Source: Eledone cirrhosa (Eukaryota). From it: a stretch of DNA of 64,000 nt. Shown here in pieces: positions 28,700 to 41,078 of this stretch. Each line of letters begins with the position of its first letter. Within the stretch, counting starts at the first letter, position 1. Where the stretch lies: NCBI GenBank assembly GCA_964016885.1, contig OZ024743.1, forward strand, positions 61,566,001 to 61,630,000, in the 5' to 3' direction. The notes under the pieces were generated by a model that was given only the letters and a program-made list of their open reading frames with translations, was not told the DNA's origin and did no database searches. The translations under genes and the position numbers were made by a program.

Positions 28700-30408
28700 T
28701 ACATACATACACATACACATACACACACACACATACACATACACATATACATATACATATCTTTTTCAAAAAATTGCATAGAATATATTAACTAGGTATA
28801 TATCCAAAACACATCCCATTCTATGATTACATGATATTCTGCAATTCGTCTGTATAAGGATACTAATTTTAAGCAAATTAAAATTAAAATTTTTAGGTTG
28901 ATTAAAACTAAAACCAAATAATAAATATATTTCTAAAATGTATATTAATTAGGTCTATAATACTAAAAATTATTTCTCTGTCATTGGATACACGATATTA
29001 TTTTGTTATATTTTATCTGTAAAAGAGTTATAATAAAAAAAGTTATAATAAAAGGTTTAAATAAATTAAAATTAATCTATAAATTAAATTACTAAGTATA
29101 TATTAGTAATATTTAAAGGTTTTTCACAATTTATGATTACATAATATTTTATATTCTCATCTGTAATAAAATATTAATTAAATTAAATTTATAGGTTAAC
29201 TAACATTTAAATTAAATTAATTTCTAAAATAATGTTATTAATTAGGTTTATAATATTTAAATGTTTTTTTTAGTTTATGATTACACGATATAATTAATTC
29301 CTGTCGTTTATTTAATAAGATATCCTTAGATTTCATTATTTCAAATAGTTCTTGGGAACATAATCTACATTCATTTCTATTATTTTGATAAGGGGTGGCT
29401 CTTTTGAGCACACTCCAGGTCAAATCATATTTTATATTCTTATTTTTATAACTATTGATTTTTTCTGCTAGAGATGTTGTATTAGCCAGTGCGGCATTTT
29501 TAAAACTATGCTTGTGGGTATTAAACCTTGTCTTAAAATTGTTAGAGGTAGCTCCTATATATGAGCAAATAGAATCTTTAGTTTTAACATTACATTTATA
29601 GACTATGTTGTTAACAAGACAATTCCCTTTTAATGGGCAGTTTGCTTTGTTTCTACAGTTACATCCTTTCGTTAATTCTGTATTTGAGGAGATATTATGG
29701 TTAATTTGATGTACTGGTGGTATACTTATGGTTTTCTTACATTTATATGCATTATATGCACTTATATTTTGTTTTATGTTATTTGTTGTAGAGTATGAGA
29801 ATTTAACTGTAGACCTATTTAAGATTTGATGGTATTTGTGGTTTGGCGGGAAGTTTTTCTCAAGGATATAAAAAAATTTTTTAGCAATATTATCCTTAAC
29901 TTGTAAATTAAAAGGAGCATTATACCAAGTAACCCGTCTATTACGGTTTCTATGTTGTTTATTATTTTTATTATTTTTATAGGTTGTATCGTGATTTTTA
30001 CTAGGAGGATTAATGTTAATGATCTCACCACAACTATTTTTAGTTATATTTGTAGATTTAGGTGTTTTATCTTTTTTATTAGGAGTTTTATTATTAATAT
30101 TTATTATAGTTGTATGATGAGTAGTTTTTTGAGAGTTACTATACTTTATATTAGAAGATTTAGTATTATGGGGTATAGTGTGGGTGGCATTTAGGTGTGT
30201 ACTTTTCATTTGGTGTTTGTTGGTAATATTATGTTGTATGCTTTCAGTATTTTTAGTAGAAGGTATATACTCTAATCTATTTTTGTGGCCACTTCTATCT
30301 AGAGCTTCGTTATAGAAGGTCGCATTTTTATCAAATACATCTTGGTTAGAAGAAAGGTTAGAAATTCTAAGTGATATATTATATGCAAGGTTTTTAAGGA
30401 TAGATTTA
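25415..30408 (-). mobile_element. 5'-truncated Naiad-type PLE with ~3.8-kb microsatellite-rich 3' UTR ending in HHR and tail
   Basis: ORF 29238-30408(-) and HHR at 25603-25757(-). Confidence 0.88.
29238..30408 (-). CDS. Naiad PLE thumb / zinc-binding linker / GIY-YIG endonuclease (open frame)
   Basis: [85 protein letters not shown]. The first ~10 aa of the tracked ORF are microsatellite. Confidence 0.88.
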
Positions 30409-30478
30409 GTGTGTATATATGTGTGTGTGCGCACACACACATATATATATGTGAGTGTGTATACGTGTCTGTGTATAT

Positions 30479-30541
<63 letters not shown>

Positions 30542-30631
30542 TGTCTATGTGTGAATATATGTCTTTATTCGTATGTGTGTATTTATGTATGTATATGTTT
30601 ATATGTATGTATGTATATGTATGTATGTATG

Positions 30632-30674
<43 letters not shown>

Positions 30675-30766
30675 TATTCTTTATTATTATAATATAACTT
30701 ATGTGTATGTGTGTATAAGTGAGGTTGTGTATGTGTATATAATATGTGTATATATAAGTGTAAAAA

Positions 30767-30800
<34 letters not shown>

Positions 30801-30819
30801 TGTGCATGTCTGTTTTTTA

Positions 30820-30851
<32 letters not shown>

Positions 30852-30919
30852 CGTGTGTATATATATATATATGTGGGTGTTTGTATGTGTATTTATGGTG
30901 GTATGAGTGTGTGGATATC

Positions 30920-30950
<31 letters not shown>

Positions 30951-30961
30951 GTATGAGTGTA

Positions 30962-31018
<57 letters not shown>

Positions 31019-31294
31019 GTGTATGTATGTGTGTATATATATATCTCTATTAATGCGTGTGTGTATGTATATACATATGCCTTTTTATTATTATTTTTAT
31101 TTGTATGTCTGAGTTAGGTGAGGTTGTAGTGGTTTTTTATGTATATACGCATATATGGATGCGTATGTATTTGTATATATGAGTATAAGTAAGTGCATAT
31201 GTATGTATGATTATATATCTAATTCTATGTATGAATATACATGTATATATATATGTGTGTATGTAAGTTGTGTGTGTATGTATCTATATGTCTA

Positions 31295-31335
<41 letters not shown>

Positions 31336-31414
31336 CGATGTGCGTATATGTATGTACATGTATGTACATGTATGTGTGTATGTATGTGTATGTATATTTA
31401 GATGTATGTGTATG

Positions 31415-31453
<39 letters not shown>

Positions 31454-32477
31454 ATATATATATAGGTATATATCTTTATTATTTATTTTTTATATATATG
31501 TGTATGTGTGTATGTGTTGCGTGTGTGTGTGTGTGTATATATATATCTTTATATATGTGTATGTGTATGTTCGTGTAAGTGTATGTGTGTGTATGACTGT
31601 ATATGTATGTGTGTATGTGTGTATGCGTAAATATTTCTATGTGTGCGTACATGTATGTATGTGTATATATCTGTATGTGTATGTATATTATATTATATTT
31701 ATTATATTTTATTGTTTTATTTTTTTATTTTTCTTAATTTATAGATACATTTATATTAGGCAGTCTGCTCAGACAGTTGAATACTGACCCCTCCCCCCCT
31801 CCCACCTAATTTCTGTATCTTGATCTAAAAATGTGTGTGCCAGTGTTTTATGTGAGTGAATTAATATCCATATGCTTATGATTTTATATCCACATATATA
31901 AATGTGAGTGGGGGTGTGTGTGTGTTTATATGTTCGTGGTTATGTGTATATTTATGCATATACGCGCGTGTATGTGTGATTGTACTGATATGTGTGAGTA
32001 TGAAAAAATATATTTATATACTTGATTTCATAAGTATCAATGCGCATCTTATCTGCGCATTGTAAGCTTACAGAGACATTAACCTTGAAATTTTGTATTT
32101 GCATCCATCCTTTTAGTATGCGTATACAAATTATACATACATTTTTGTAAAATATGTGTAAGGGTTTTACATGTATATACACACACCGAACTGCATTTAA
32201 CCCTTTGTGTTTTCATTGGTCAATTTTGAACTGAAATTTTGAATTGTTGTTATTATCAATAAATATACTTCATTATTTCTGAAGACGGCGTATATATGTG
32301 TTTGGTATGTATATTTAATCTTGATAATTTGTATAATTTTGTATAATTTTGTACATAGATCTGTTGAATATGCATACCAATTCTAACACATATATATCCT
32401 AGAAACGATCGTTAAATAATGAACTTTTTTTGTTTAATATAAGGAATTGTTTATTCATTATTTGTTTAATATTTTAT
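30409..32477 (+). repeat. ~2.05-kb inverted copy of 25549-~27600 (inverted pseudo-LTR)
   Basis: Unique sequence is nearly identical in reverse complement. The same 76-aa ORF appears at 25844..26074(+) and 31952..32182(-). Confidence 0.95.
32269..32423 (+). ncRNA. Hammerhead with ~116-nt stem II domain (mirror at 25603-25757, minus strand)
   Basis: ttcattattt-CTGAAGA-...-GAAA-cgatcg-TT-aaataatgaa. 10-bp stem I and palindromic stem III. Confidence 0.82.
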
Positions 32478-32484
32478 TATATGA

Positions 32485-32593
<109 letters not shown>

Positions 32594-32596
32594 AAT

Positions 32597-33605
32597 ATAT
32601 TGTTATACTTTGGGAGGGTCATGTTGCCAATAAGAAACACACGCACCAGTTGCTTTTACTTCAATTTATTATAAATTAAATTTATAAATTTAGGAATTTA
32701 TAAATTTCCGGTTGGTTGGTTGGTTCCACAACCAGACGATTGTTCGTATATTGTCAAAGTTCTTTCGTCACACATTCTGTGACCTCTTCAGTGACTGGCG
32801 ATTCTTTTCTTTGTTTTTGTGCCTCTCCTTTGTTCTGTCCTACGCCAGCTTGTTTTTGTGTGTGTTGTGTGCTTAGTTTGTGCATGTGTTACATCCGGGT
32901 GTCTGTGTCTGTTTATATTTGTTTATTTATTTGTTTATTTACATGTTACTGGTTGGTTATTTGTTCTATGTGTGTGTGTGTTTTCATTTTCTCCTTAATT
33001 GTAAGTTGTGATGTTGCTATTCCATTCATGCTTTCTATTTTATTTTGGCTGGAGTTCATTTATGTTTATTGCCTCTGTGATTTGTCTAAACATTGCGTCT
33101 TTTCTGTGTGTAGATTCTATTTTTGTTTCTATGTTCTTTAATTTACCCTTATGTTCTATTTTAGCATGTTGGTAGAGTACAGATGATTCTTTACTATCTT
33201 GAAGCTCTCGCCAGTGTTCATTTATCCGTTCTCCTATACTACGAGCTGTCTCACCTATATACACTATATTCTTATCTCTACATTGTCCTTCAGTACATCT
33301 TATGCTATATACTACATTTCTAGTTTTACAGTTAATATGGAGGCTTAGTTTACAGATTATACATTTCTTATCTATACAGGGAGGTCTTTGAAAAGGGTAT
33401 GTATTGCTAATAAGTGTTTTTATGGAGGTACCTGGTTTTTCTACTATCTTAATATTGAGTTAATGTTTATCGAGGGCCCTTCTGAATTTGTAAGCTAATT
33501 CACCTCTAGGGGTTGTATTGATGAACATTACACTCTGGTATTTATTGCTATCATACCATGACTTTATTCTATTAACCTTATTCCTAGTTCTTTCTATTCT
33601 ATTTC
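32597..33605 (-). mobile_element. 5'-truncated PLE: GIY-YIG domain, 3' UTR with HHR (32753-32795) and terminus
   Basis: CKTRNVVYSIRC..YIGETARSIGERINEH..LYQH..RQITEAINI..PK. Minus strand gtca-CTGAAGA-ggtcaca(gaatg)tgtgac-GAAA-gaac-TT-tgac. Confidence 0.85.
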
Positions 33606-33940
33606 AAAATGTGCTCCTATACAAGGGGAGCTCCTACTGGCAAGTACAGCTACCCCTTCCTTCCACAAAATGCCATGATAAAATTATGTGTCTCAACAAC
33701 AAACTTTTGACCAATCCTTGTGACAATCACTTTTACCATATATGGAACTACCCCCTGAGAAGCTTGGCTATTCATGTACCAGGATAAAAATTTTCATTTA
33801 GTCCAGAATTAGCCGTCGAAACGGCTTGTGCTCAGCCGTCGGGGTCCTACTCGTTCCTATTACCCACTCTACTACCCTAAGTATTGAGTAATTTGGTGCG
33901 TTATCGTCCATCTGGTTCCTTACCACATTTCCTGCGTTAT
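33605..33940 (+). mobile_element. Naiad 3' terminus with HHR-like motif (33751-33844) and tail
   Basis: Homologous to ~57930-58155 and to the 40853-41045 hairpin. Confidence 0.7.
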
Positions 33941-33959
33941 ATATATATATATATATATA

Positions 33960-34199
33960 TTTATTAAAATAACAGATTAAATTTTAAGCAAAGAATCGCT
34001 GCTTTCACCCTTAACGGGATCTTCTGACACCAACTAAGGTTAGTTTCAGAAGATCCCGTTAAGGGTGAAAGCAGCGATTCTTTGCTTAAACTTTAATCTG
34101 TTGTTTTAATAAATATTTGCTCTACGGTTCTTATATTCTTTATATATATTTATCCTTATCGAGCCCTCTTTGGATTTTAGTCTTCACATTTATTATTAT

Positions 34200-34203
<4 letters not shown>
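33960..34203. mobile_element. Fold-back PLE terminus (arms ~33960-34027 / ~34046-34113, plus tail)
   Basis: Inverted repeat within (TA)n. The tail recurs alone at ~59005-59098. Confidence 0.82.
34042..34092 (+). ncRNA. Hammerhead motif with CAGAAGA core (copies at 35537-35587 minus, 40732-40782 plus, partial 4084-4120)
   Basis: agttt-CAGAAGA-tccc(gttaa)gggt-GAAA-gca(gcgattctt)tgc-TT-aaact. Confidence 0.75.
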
Positions 34204-34236
<33 letters not shown>

Positions 34237-34237
<1 letters not shown>

Positions 34238-35080
34238 TAGCAGTAGGACCCGGCGTTGCACGGGGAAGGAAACATGAAATAACAACATGCATATGCAAAG
34301 ATTGAGAAATGTAGCTCTGTACTTTTTGATTTCCCTTATTCCCATGATTGAGGAACAACGTAGTCAATTGTGTGAAAACCAAGTAGGGATGTACGTTTAA
34401 GTAGGGATATTGAGATGACGAAATCAGCTTGGCAACGCAGATGCGACAAAAGGGGTCACCGCGGAATTACAACAACCACTGTTCGGCGTACTTGCGCAGG
34501 GTGTTGATACTGCGGTGTAGGTGCTACAAAAGAAAGGGGCTTTTAGTAGAAGTAGCACAGACGTGGGTTTTACGGTGTCAATAACACGCTTCGTACACAG
34601 GGCCCGGATTTCCGTGTGATGAAAGCACGAAGCGTCAACTGGGCGCCGACAAAAATTATAAGGTCCTCCTCATTTCCTCAATACGTTACTTACGATGTTT
34701 AAGTAGCGTTTATATTGAAAAAGAAAAAGGCATGTAATGCCCAATGCTAATTCGTAAATTTCGTAGAAACCATTAATGGAATCAGAAATTTTCTTTCTCC
34801 CCGCCAATGTGAGGGGTATAGCTAATGTGTGCTCCAAATTTCGAGGAAATCGGCTGGATTATCCTCAAGTTACGCCTCAAAAAAGCATAAAAATGCCTTT
34901 AAAATGCGATGTTTAGCCTAATGCGGGCCCTAGGGCAGAACAAGTTAAAAGCTGTTTAGTCCATTGCACTTTAAGAAATATAAGTAACGCATGTGTAAAG
35001 TTTGAAAAAAAATCGGTGGAGTGCTCCTCGAGTTTTAGAGATTTACACATACAGAGTGACAGGCATCTGTTTTATATATA
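34237..35080 (-). mobile_element. Non-autonomous Helitron-like element
   Basis: Minus-strand 3' end has hairpin cccgtgcaacgccggg followed by CTAG. 5' end tatataaaacagatg. Confidence 0.65.
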
Positions 35081-35082
35081 TA

Positions 35083-36020
35083 CTATCTGAATGGCCCGGC
35101 GTTGCTCGGGATTCTAAACATAGACTGGCATGTTTATCCATCCTTTCTGAAACAGTTTCGTCGTATGTTCACCAATTGACGCAGAAGTCTTAATAAAAAG
35201 TGAAGTCGCTTCGGTTGAATAGGTAAATCATTTTCCATTAAGATTTTTCAAAAGCATGTAATTGCGTACCCTCTCTTTTTTGTTGTTGTTTTTGCTGCTG
35301 TTGGTGTCATAGCAACCGTTGGTCGTACTACTAACACAGTCTCGTCCTTCTTCAGCCAACGTGTATATCCCCTTCTGCCTCGTCTACCTAAAAAATGATT
35401 GTAGCACCACCTTGGACACAATGTTCCTTGTTCTTCCGTGTCGGGCATATATAAAGTTATCTGTCTTGCTTCCCACTCTTGAGCAGCCAACGTATAGTTG
35501 CCGATGGGAAAAACATATATTAAAATAACAGATTAAAGTTTAAGGAAAAAATCGCTGCTTTCACCCTTAACGGGATCTTCTGAAACTAAAAAAAATCAAT
35601 CTATGAACGCAGAAGTAAATATTTCGAAAAACGTTGCAACCGAAGGAAAACAGGAAGACGATACTTTGGTTCGTGAAGACGTTCCCTACATTATATATAT
35701 ATATATATATACACACACTATATATACATATATTCACACACATACAATGTTTTCATAATGACGTAATGCACACAGCCAGACTTACAGACAGATATTATAA
35801 GGCGCGACGTTATAGCTATGTATCTATGTAAAAAGACAGACTAAGAAAGAGAGAGAGATCGCTAACCGGCGCCTAATGCCGTCTGTAGGGAATTGAATTT
35901 GAAATATCTTTCGCTCAAAACACTCACACGACCATAAGTATTACATGTGTAAAGTTTGAAAAAAATCGGTTGGGTGGTTCTCGAGTCTTAGGGGGACAGA
36001 CAGACATTCTATGTTTTATA
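35083..36020 (-). mobile_element. Helitron-like element with PIF1 motif remnant
   Basis: Terminal hairpin cccgagcaacgccggg. QLYVGCSRV..GRTRNIV remnant at ~35410-35505. 5' end shared with the 34237-35080 element. Confidence 0.65.
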
Positions 36021-36369
36021 TATATATATATATATATTACTCTTATATAGCTCATGTTATACACAATATGCGTATATATTGATATTCTTGTAAATAATAT
36101 CTTTGTACATGCGTATGCCTTTCATCCATGTGAGGTCTATAAAAAACGACCAGTCAAATACTGGGGTCAATTCTTTCTCTATATATCTTTCTCACTTCAT
36201 CCTCTCTCTCTCTAACCTTCTCTGGAAGAAAGCAACTGTTTAGACCTGGAGAGAAATGGGATCCGCCAGGTCTGAAAAATGCATAGGACAGGGTGCCCCT
36301 ACGTGTCCATAAATAGTTACGGGTTCATACCTACATATATATGTGCAAGTGTCATAAGAATAGGTATTC

Positions 36370-36600
36370 ATACATACAGGAAAGGAAAGGAGCCGATCGT
36401 CAAAGAAGACTAGCGACAGAACCTTTCCATTGGTCTTTCTATTGGTGGTGCTATCTGCCTGTCACAATTCCGAGTAACTCATTGCAGAAGAGCGATGTGA
36501 AATGAAGTAATTTAAGCAAGGACACAGCACGCCGCCCTGTTAAAAATTCAGAACCACGACATTTTGATCGCCGGTCCAACATCCTAACTACTAAGCCAGT
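36370..36600 (-). mobile_element. CORE-type tRNA SINE, decayed
   Basis: Minus-strand tggcttagtagttagg A-box-like start and gtgtccttg...cacatcgctc core-like segment. Confidence 0.5.
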
Positions 36601-37239
36601 AAATATATATACATTTCGGATATTTACTATCAGAATATCCTTTTATTGTCCTAGGATTGACAACAGCAACCATTTTCATGATATATCATGATGTCTCAGG
36701 TATTGTTGCATCGACTTTATATTTTACGTTGTTATTGCTAATTGTGAGGTCAGCTTAAATCCAGAAGACTTATTAAGTTACGCATTCTGTTCTCCCCAAT
36801 AAAATTATTTCAAATTATGCTGACACTTCTTCCTCTGACCACACTAAGAGAATTACTAAGCTTGCATGTTATATCAAATCATGTGACTGATAATAACACC
36901 CTACGGCCCCCTTGTTGCTTTTGATATTTCTACAAATGTGCTATATAGCAAAGTTGTTTAGTGATTAATTCACTGGTCACAAGAAATGATATATTTAAGT
37001 ATGTGATGCCCTCCTTACGTTTTTAAAATGGTGAGTAACAGTTGGATATTTCTAGCTAGTCGAGCGACTACTCATTGGCTCTCTTACTGACTTGTCAGAT
37101 TTAAAAGTATATTTCACTACTCTTTCATAAGACTTTTCTGAAATTTTATTCAAATTTATCTCTTAATGTAGTTTCCATTTCCTCTATTAAAATAGAACGG
37201 ACCTACGTCAGTTTCACTGATGAGTGTCCTAGTTGTCCT

Positions 37240-37520
37240 ATGAACGAAACGGCCTGCTCATTAAATTAAAGGGCAGGTGGTTAAACATTTTACACGTAGC
37301 CTTTTTTTGAAATTTACATGACTGAATATTCAACAGCTACGTTCATCCTTAACGAAGTCCTCATGGACATTAAGCGCGACAACTATGTGACAAGGCTGGC
37401 CTTTTTAAATTACGGGTACAACTCATTTTTGACAACTGAGTGAACTGGTGTAACGTGAAATAAAGAGTCTTGCTCAAAGACAAAACGCACCACCGGGAAA
37501 TCACAACCTTGCGATTGTGA
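37240..37520 (-). mobile_element. CORE/V-type SINE (related plus-strand copy at ~46453-46700)
   Basis: ttgagcaagactctttatttcacgttacaccagttcactcag core. 3' part (ggccagccttgtcaca..gagcaggc) shared with 46600-46695. Confidence 0.6.
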
Positions 37521-38419
37521 TTCGATCAATCTATTATGTCGCACGCGTCTTCATAAACAACAAGAAATTTGTGAGATATAAAATGTTTTTTAAAATCACA
37601 GAGAAGAGTTTGGAATTTAGAATACCTCAGATGCGGTAGACTTCCATCCTGAACTATATTATATTTGTTTCGATGGCAACCAGTATAAAAAGGAAACTGT
37701 CAGTTGGTTGCCATCGTGACCTCGGGTATTCTCAATTGTCAGACTGTCGTACTCGTTCTGTCATAAGGAGCCTCATAAGGTGGGATGTCTAATGTATTGG
37801 ATATTGCTGGCTAACTTCGCGGTAATGCTTTTACTATTTTGTAAGGCAAGTTTGTACGAGTTTACCTCTCCCTATTTCTCTCCTTTTCTTTCTCTCATTA
37901 TTTTTTCCATCTTACTGTTTGTAAATATTTACAATTTAACACGATATTTATAATCAATAAAATTATAAAGATTTTTATTTATTAATTTTTCTCTGTGATG
38001 TATTGCGAGAAAAGGGTAGATGATAAATATTTTCATATACTAAAGAATGATGGATTCCGAGTCAACCGTTACAAATGGTTTGAATTCCGTTTGAAAGTAT
38101 ACAAGGTCACAATCCCATCTCCTTCTGTTGGTAAACCTCTCACTATTTAAGGCAACGAGAGTGTCTTGACTGCGTCACTATAGCTGCTAAAAATAATGTC
38201 CAAATCTTCTCAAATTATGCTCTACCATATTAAAAAGGAAGAACTTGAAAGTAATTATGGTAGAAAAATTGATATGGAGGAAATGAAATTTACAGTCAAC
38301 ACTGTGCAGGTATAGCTGGCCTCATACTAGGTTAAATGCCTGATGATTTAATGATAGCGACCCCAGTCTTATTATGAATAGCAATGTGAAATGGGATCGT
38401 TCGACAGTGCTGACGCATG

Positions 38420-39790
38420 CAACTTTTTTGGCTTATTTTTTTAGATATATACATGGGAATATACCGCGACGATGGTCTGACCTTTTCAAGCCATAAAAGT
38501 GGTAACGACCTGGACCGGTTTAAAAAAGATTTAACTTCTACTTTTAATGAGTTAAGACTTAGGATAACGGTAGCTACCAACCTTTCTAGCGTAGATTTCT
38601 TAGACATTAATTTAGACCTTGGCACACATACCTTCAGACCCTTCCATAAGCTAAACGAAAAACTTAATTACATACACAAGGTCTCATGCCACCATCCTAC
38701 TGTTTTTAGAAACTTCGTAAATAATATCAGTTCTAGAATCTCTAACCTCTCCTCTAATAAGGCTATCTTTGACAGAGCGGCACCCTACTATAACACAGTG
38801 TTAGCTAACAGCGGCTTCTCGCAACCAATTACTTACTACCCCACTAACAACAACAGCAATAAGAAAAGAAATCGTAATAAAAGACAAACTATCTGGTTCT
38901 CTCCTCCCTTCCCACTCAACGTTAAAACTAATGTCGGGAAATTTTTTTTTTTGCCCTCTTAGATAGACACTTTCCCATAGGTCACAAATACCACTCCATC
39001 TTTAACAGACACAGAGTAAAACTAGGGTACTCCTGCGATAAGAATATGAAGGCCCACATCACCAACAGTCCAATGAGTGACACCCCACCAGGATGCTCTT
39101 GCCGAAAGCCTGAAGGCTGTCCCCCTTCAACAGCAATGCAACACACCCGCTGTAGTTTATGAAGCTGTGGTCACTTCCAACCGACCAAATCAACGACAGG
39201 AGGTAAAATCCTATGTGGGTATCGCGGAGGGCCGATTTAAGGAACGCTTCCTGAACCATCAGTCCATCTTTAGGTACCCAGACAAACGATCATTCACGAA
39301 GCTCGCGAGCCACGTATGGTCCCTCAAAAACTCAGGTATAGACTACTCCATTCAATGGAAAGCTATCGCTAGTGTCCAAGCCATACGGAAGGGGCAATCT
39401 GTCTTGTGGACTGTGTATTGAAAAAGGATAAATATTCTAAGGAGATTACGCAACAGTGATTGCCTAAATTCAAGAAATGAAATCTTCTCACGTTGTCCAC
39501 ATGTCTGGAAACAGCTCTTGATTAACTACAAAGCTCTGGATTGAATAACAACAACATTCTAATTTTCTAATCAACTCGAACATTTTATTCCGGACATTCG
39601 CACTTATCTCCCTTACACATTTCGTCCGTGGTTTTTATCGCTTGCGTGAAGTGACCGTTTCTGCGCATGCGTATCCGTACGGTTGCTCTTCCTGTTCCGT
39701 ATAACCATTACCAGTCCGAGCTGAAGATCCGTATAAGGTGAAACAATTGTTCTCGGTACGGTTAACTAACTGTTATGTTACTACTTCGAT
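38420..39790 (+). mobile_element. 5'-truncated Naiad-type PLE with terminal HHR
   Basis: GIYRDDGL, VDFLDINLDL, ISSRISNLSS, IWFSPPF, VVYEA..SYVGIAEGRFKERFLNH, WKAI, EIFSRCPH. Confidence 0.9.
39716..39756 (+). ncRNA. Minimal type-I hammerhead ribozyme
   Basis: ccgag-CTGAAGA-tcc(gtataa)ggt-GAAA-caattg-TT-ctcgg. Confidence 0.85.
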
Positions 39791-40195
39791 ATATATATAT
39801 ATATATGGAATGTAGAAAAGTAACACACAAGTTGATATATATAGATATATATATAAACAAATAGTAAAAAGGAAAAATATTTTTTCAGTAGAAAATGCTG
39901 AAGAGATTTTTTCAGTATAATATCAAAACATTTATTTATAAAGTTGGTATTTCTGCATTCAATAATGGTACCGGTTTCTGCATTATATCCTTTTTCCATT
40001 CCGGATGTGCATAATGCAGTTAAGTTGCATATTTATACGAATAATAAAAAAGGGGAAGAAAAATTATTAGTTTTTACATACATATTTAGAGAGGAGAGTT
40101 CATATATCTGGCCGTGGTTGTGCTTCGTTCAATCATCCGATTGAAACAATTCGATCGAATTGTTTTAATCGGATGAAATGTTTTGAAAGCGCAAA

Positions 40196-40287
40196 GCATA
40201 ACTGAGGAACTAGCGAATGCAGAGTTAGGTTCGATCTGTAACAGATCTTGCCTTTAGCTGATCGTCGGAGAAACATATGTAATATGT
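40196..40287 (+). ncRNA. Hammerhead motif with extended stem II
   Basis: gcataa-CTGAGGA-...agatctgtaacagatct-like inner hairpin...-GAAA-catatg-TA-atatgt, followed by AATAAA. Confidence 0.6.
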
Positions 40288-40422
40288 TAATAAATTGTGT
40301 TTTGATGCATCACTGATTCCTCGTTATCTATAATAATATACTCTGCTGTGCGCGAGCATCGAGTGCTCAAATGGCATACCGTCTACGGACGCATTTATTA
40401 CAACCATACAGCAACTATATAT

Positions 40423-40793
40423 ATCTATACTATAAAGCTAACGGTAAGTAATAAACTTTCCGCCAAGCGGCTGACCAAAAAGCACCAAATTTGCGCCATA
40501 GATGTAACTTTTTCCAAGTAAGAAAGGGAGAGCATTTCCGTCTACTGAATTTTGTTAAAAGATTAAAGACATTATTTAAATATTCACTTCTTTAAAATTT
40601 ACAAATGTCAACACTTCCGGTTATACGATATTCCTAACGTCTTCACGAACCAAAGTATCAGCTTCCTGTTTTCTTTTGGTTGCAACGTTTTTCGAAATAT
40701 TTACTTCTGCGTTCACAGATTGATTTTTTTTAGTTTCAGAAGATCCCGTTAAGGGTGAAAGCACCGATTCTTTGCTTAAACTTTAATCTGTTA

Positions 40794-40855
<62 letters not shown>

Positions 40856-41044
40856 GGAACAAGTAAGACCCCGACGGCTGAGCTCAAGCCGTTTCGACGG
40901 CTAATTCTGTACAGAATTAGCCGTCGAAACGGCTTGAGCTCAGCCGTCGGGGTCTTACTTGTTCCTATTACCCACTCTACTACCCTAAGTATTGAGTACT
41001 TTCGTGCGTTATGGTCCACCTGGTTCCTTACCACATTTCCTTGG

Positions 41045-41078
<34 letters not shown>

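Noticed and set aside
37205-37255. CTGATGA...GAAAC resembling a type-III hammerhead
   Set aside because: No stem I, and the GAAAC comes from the end of the adjacent SINE.
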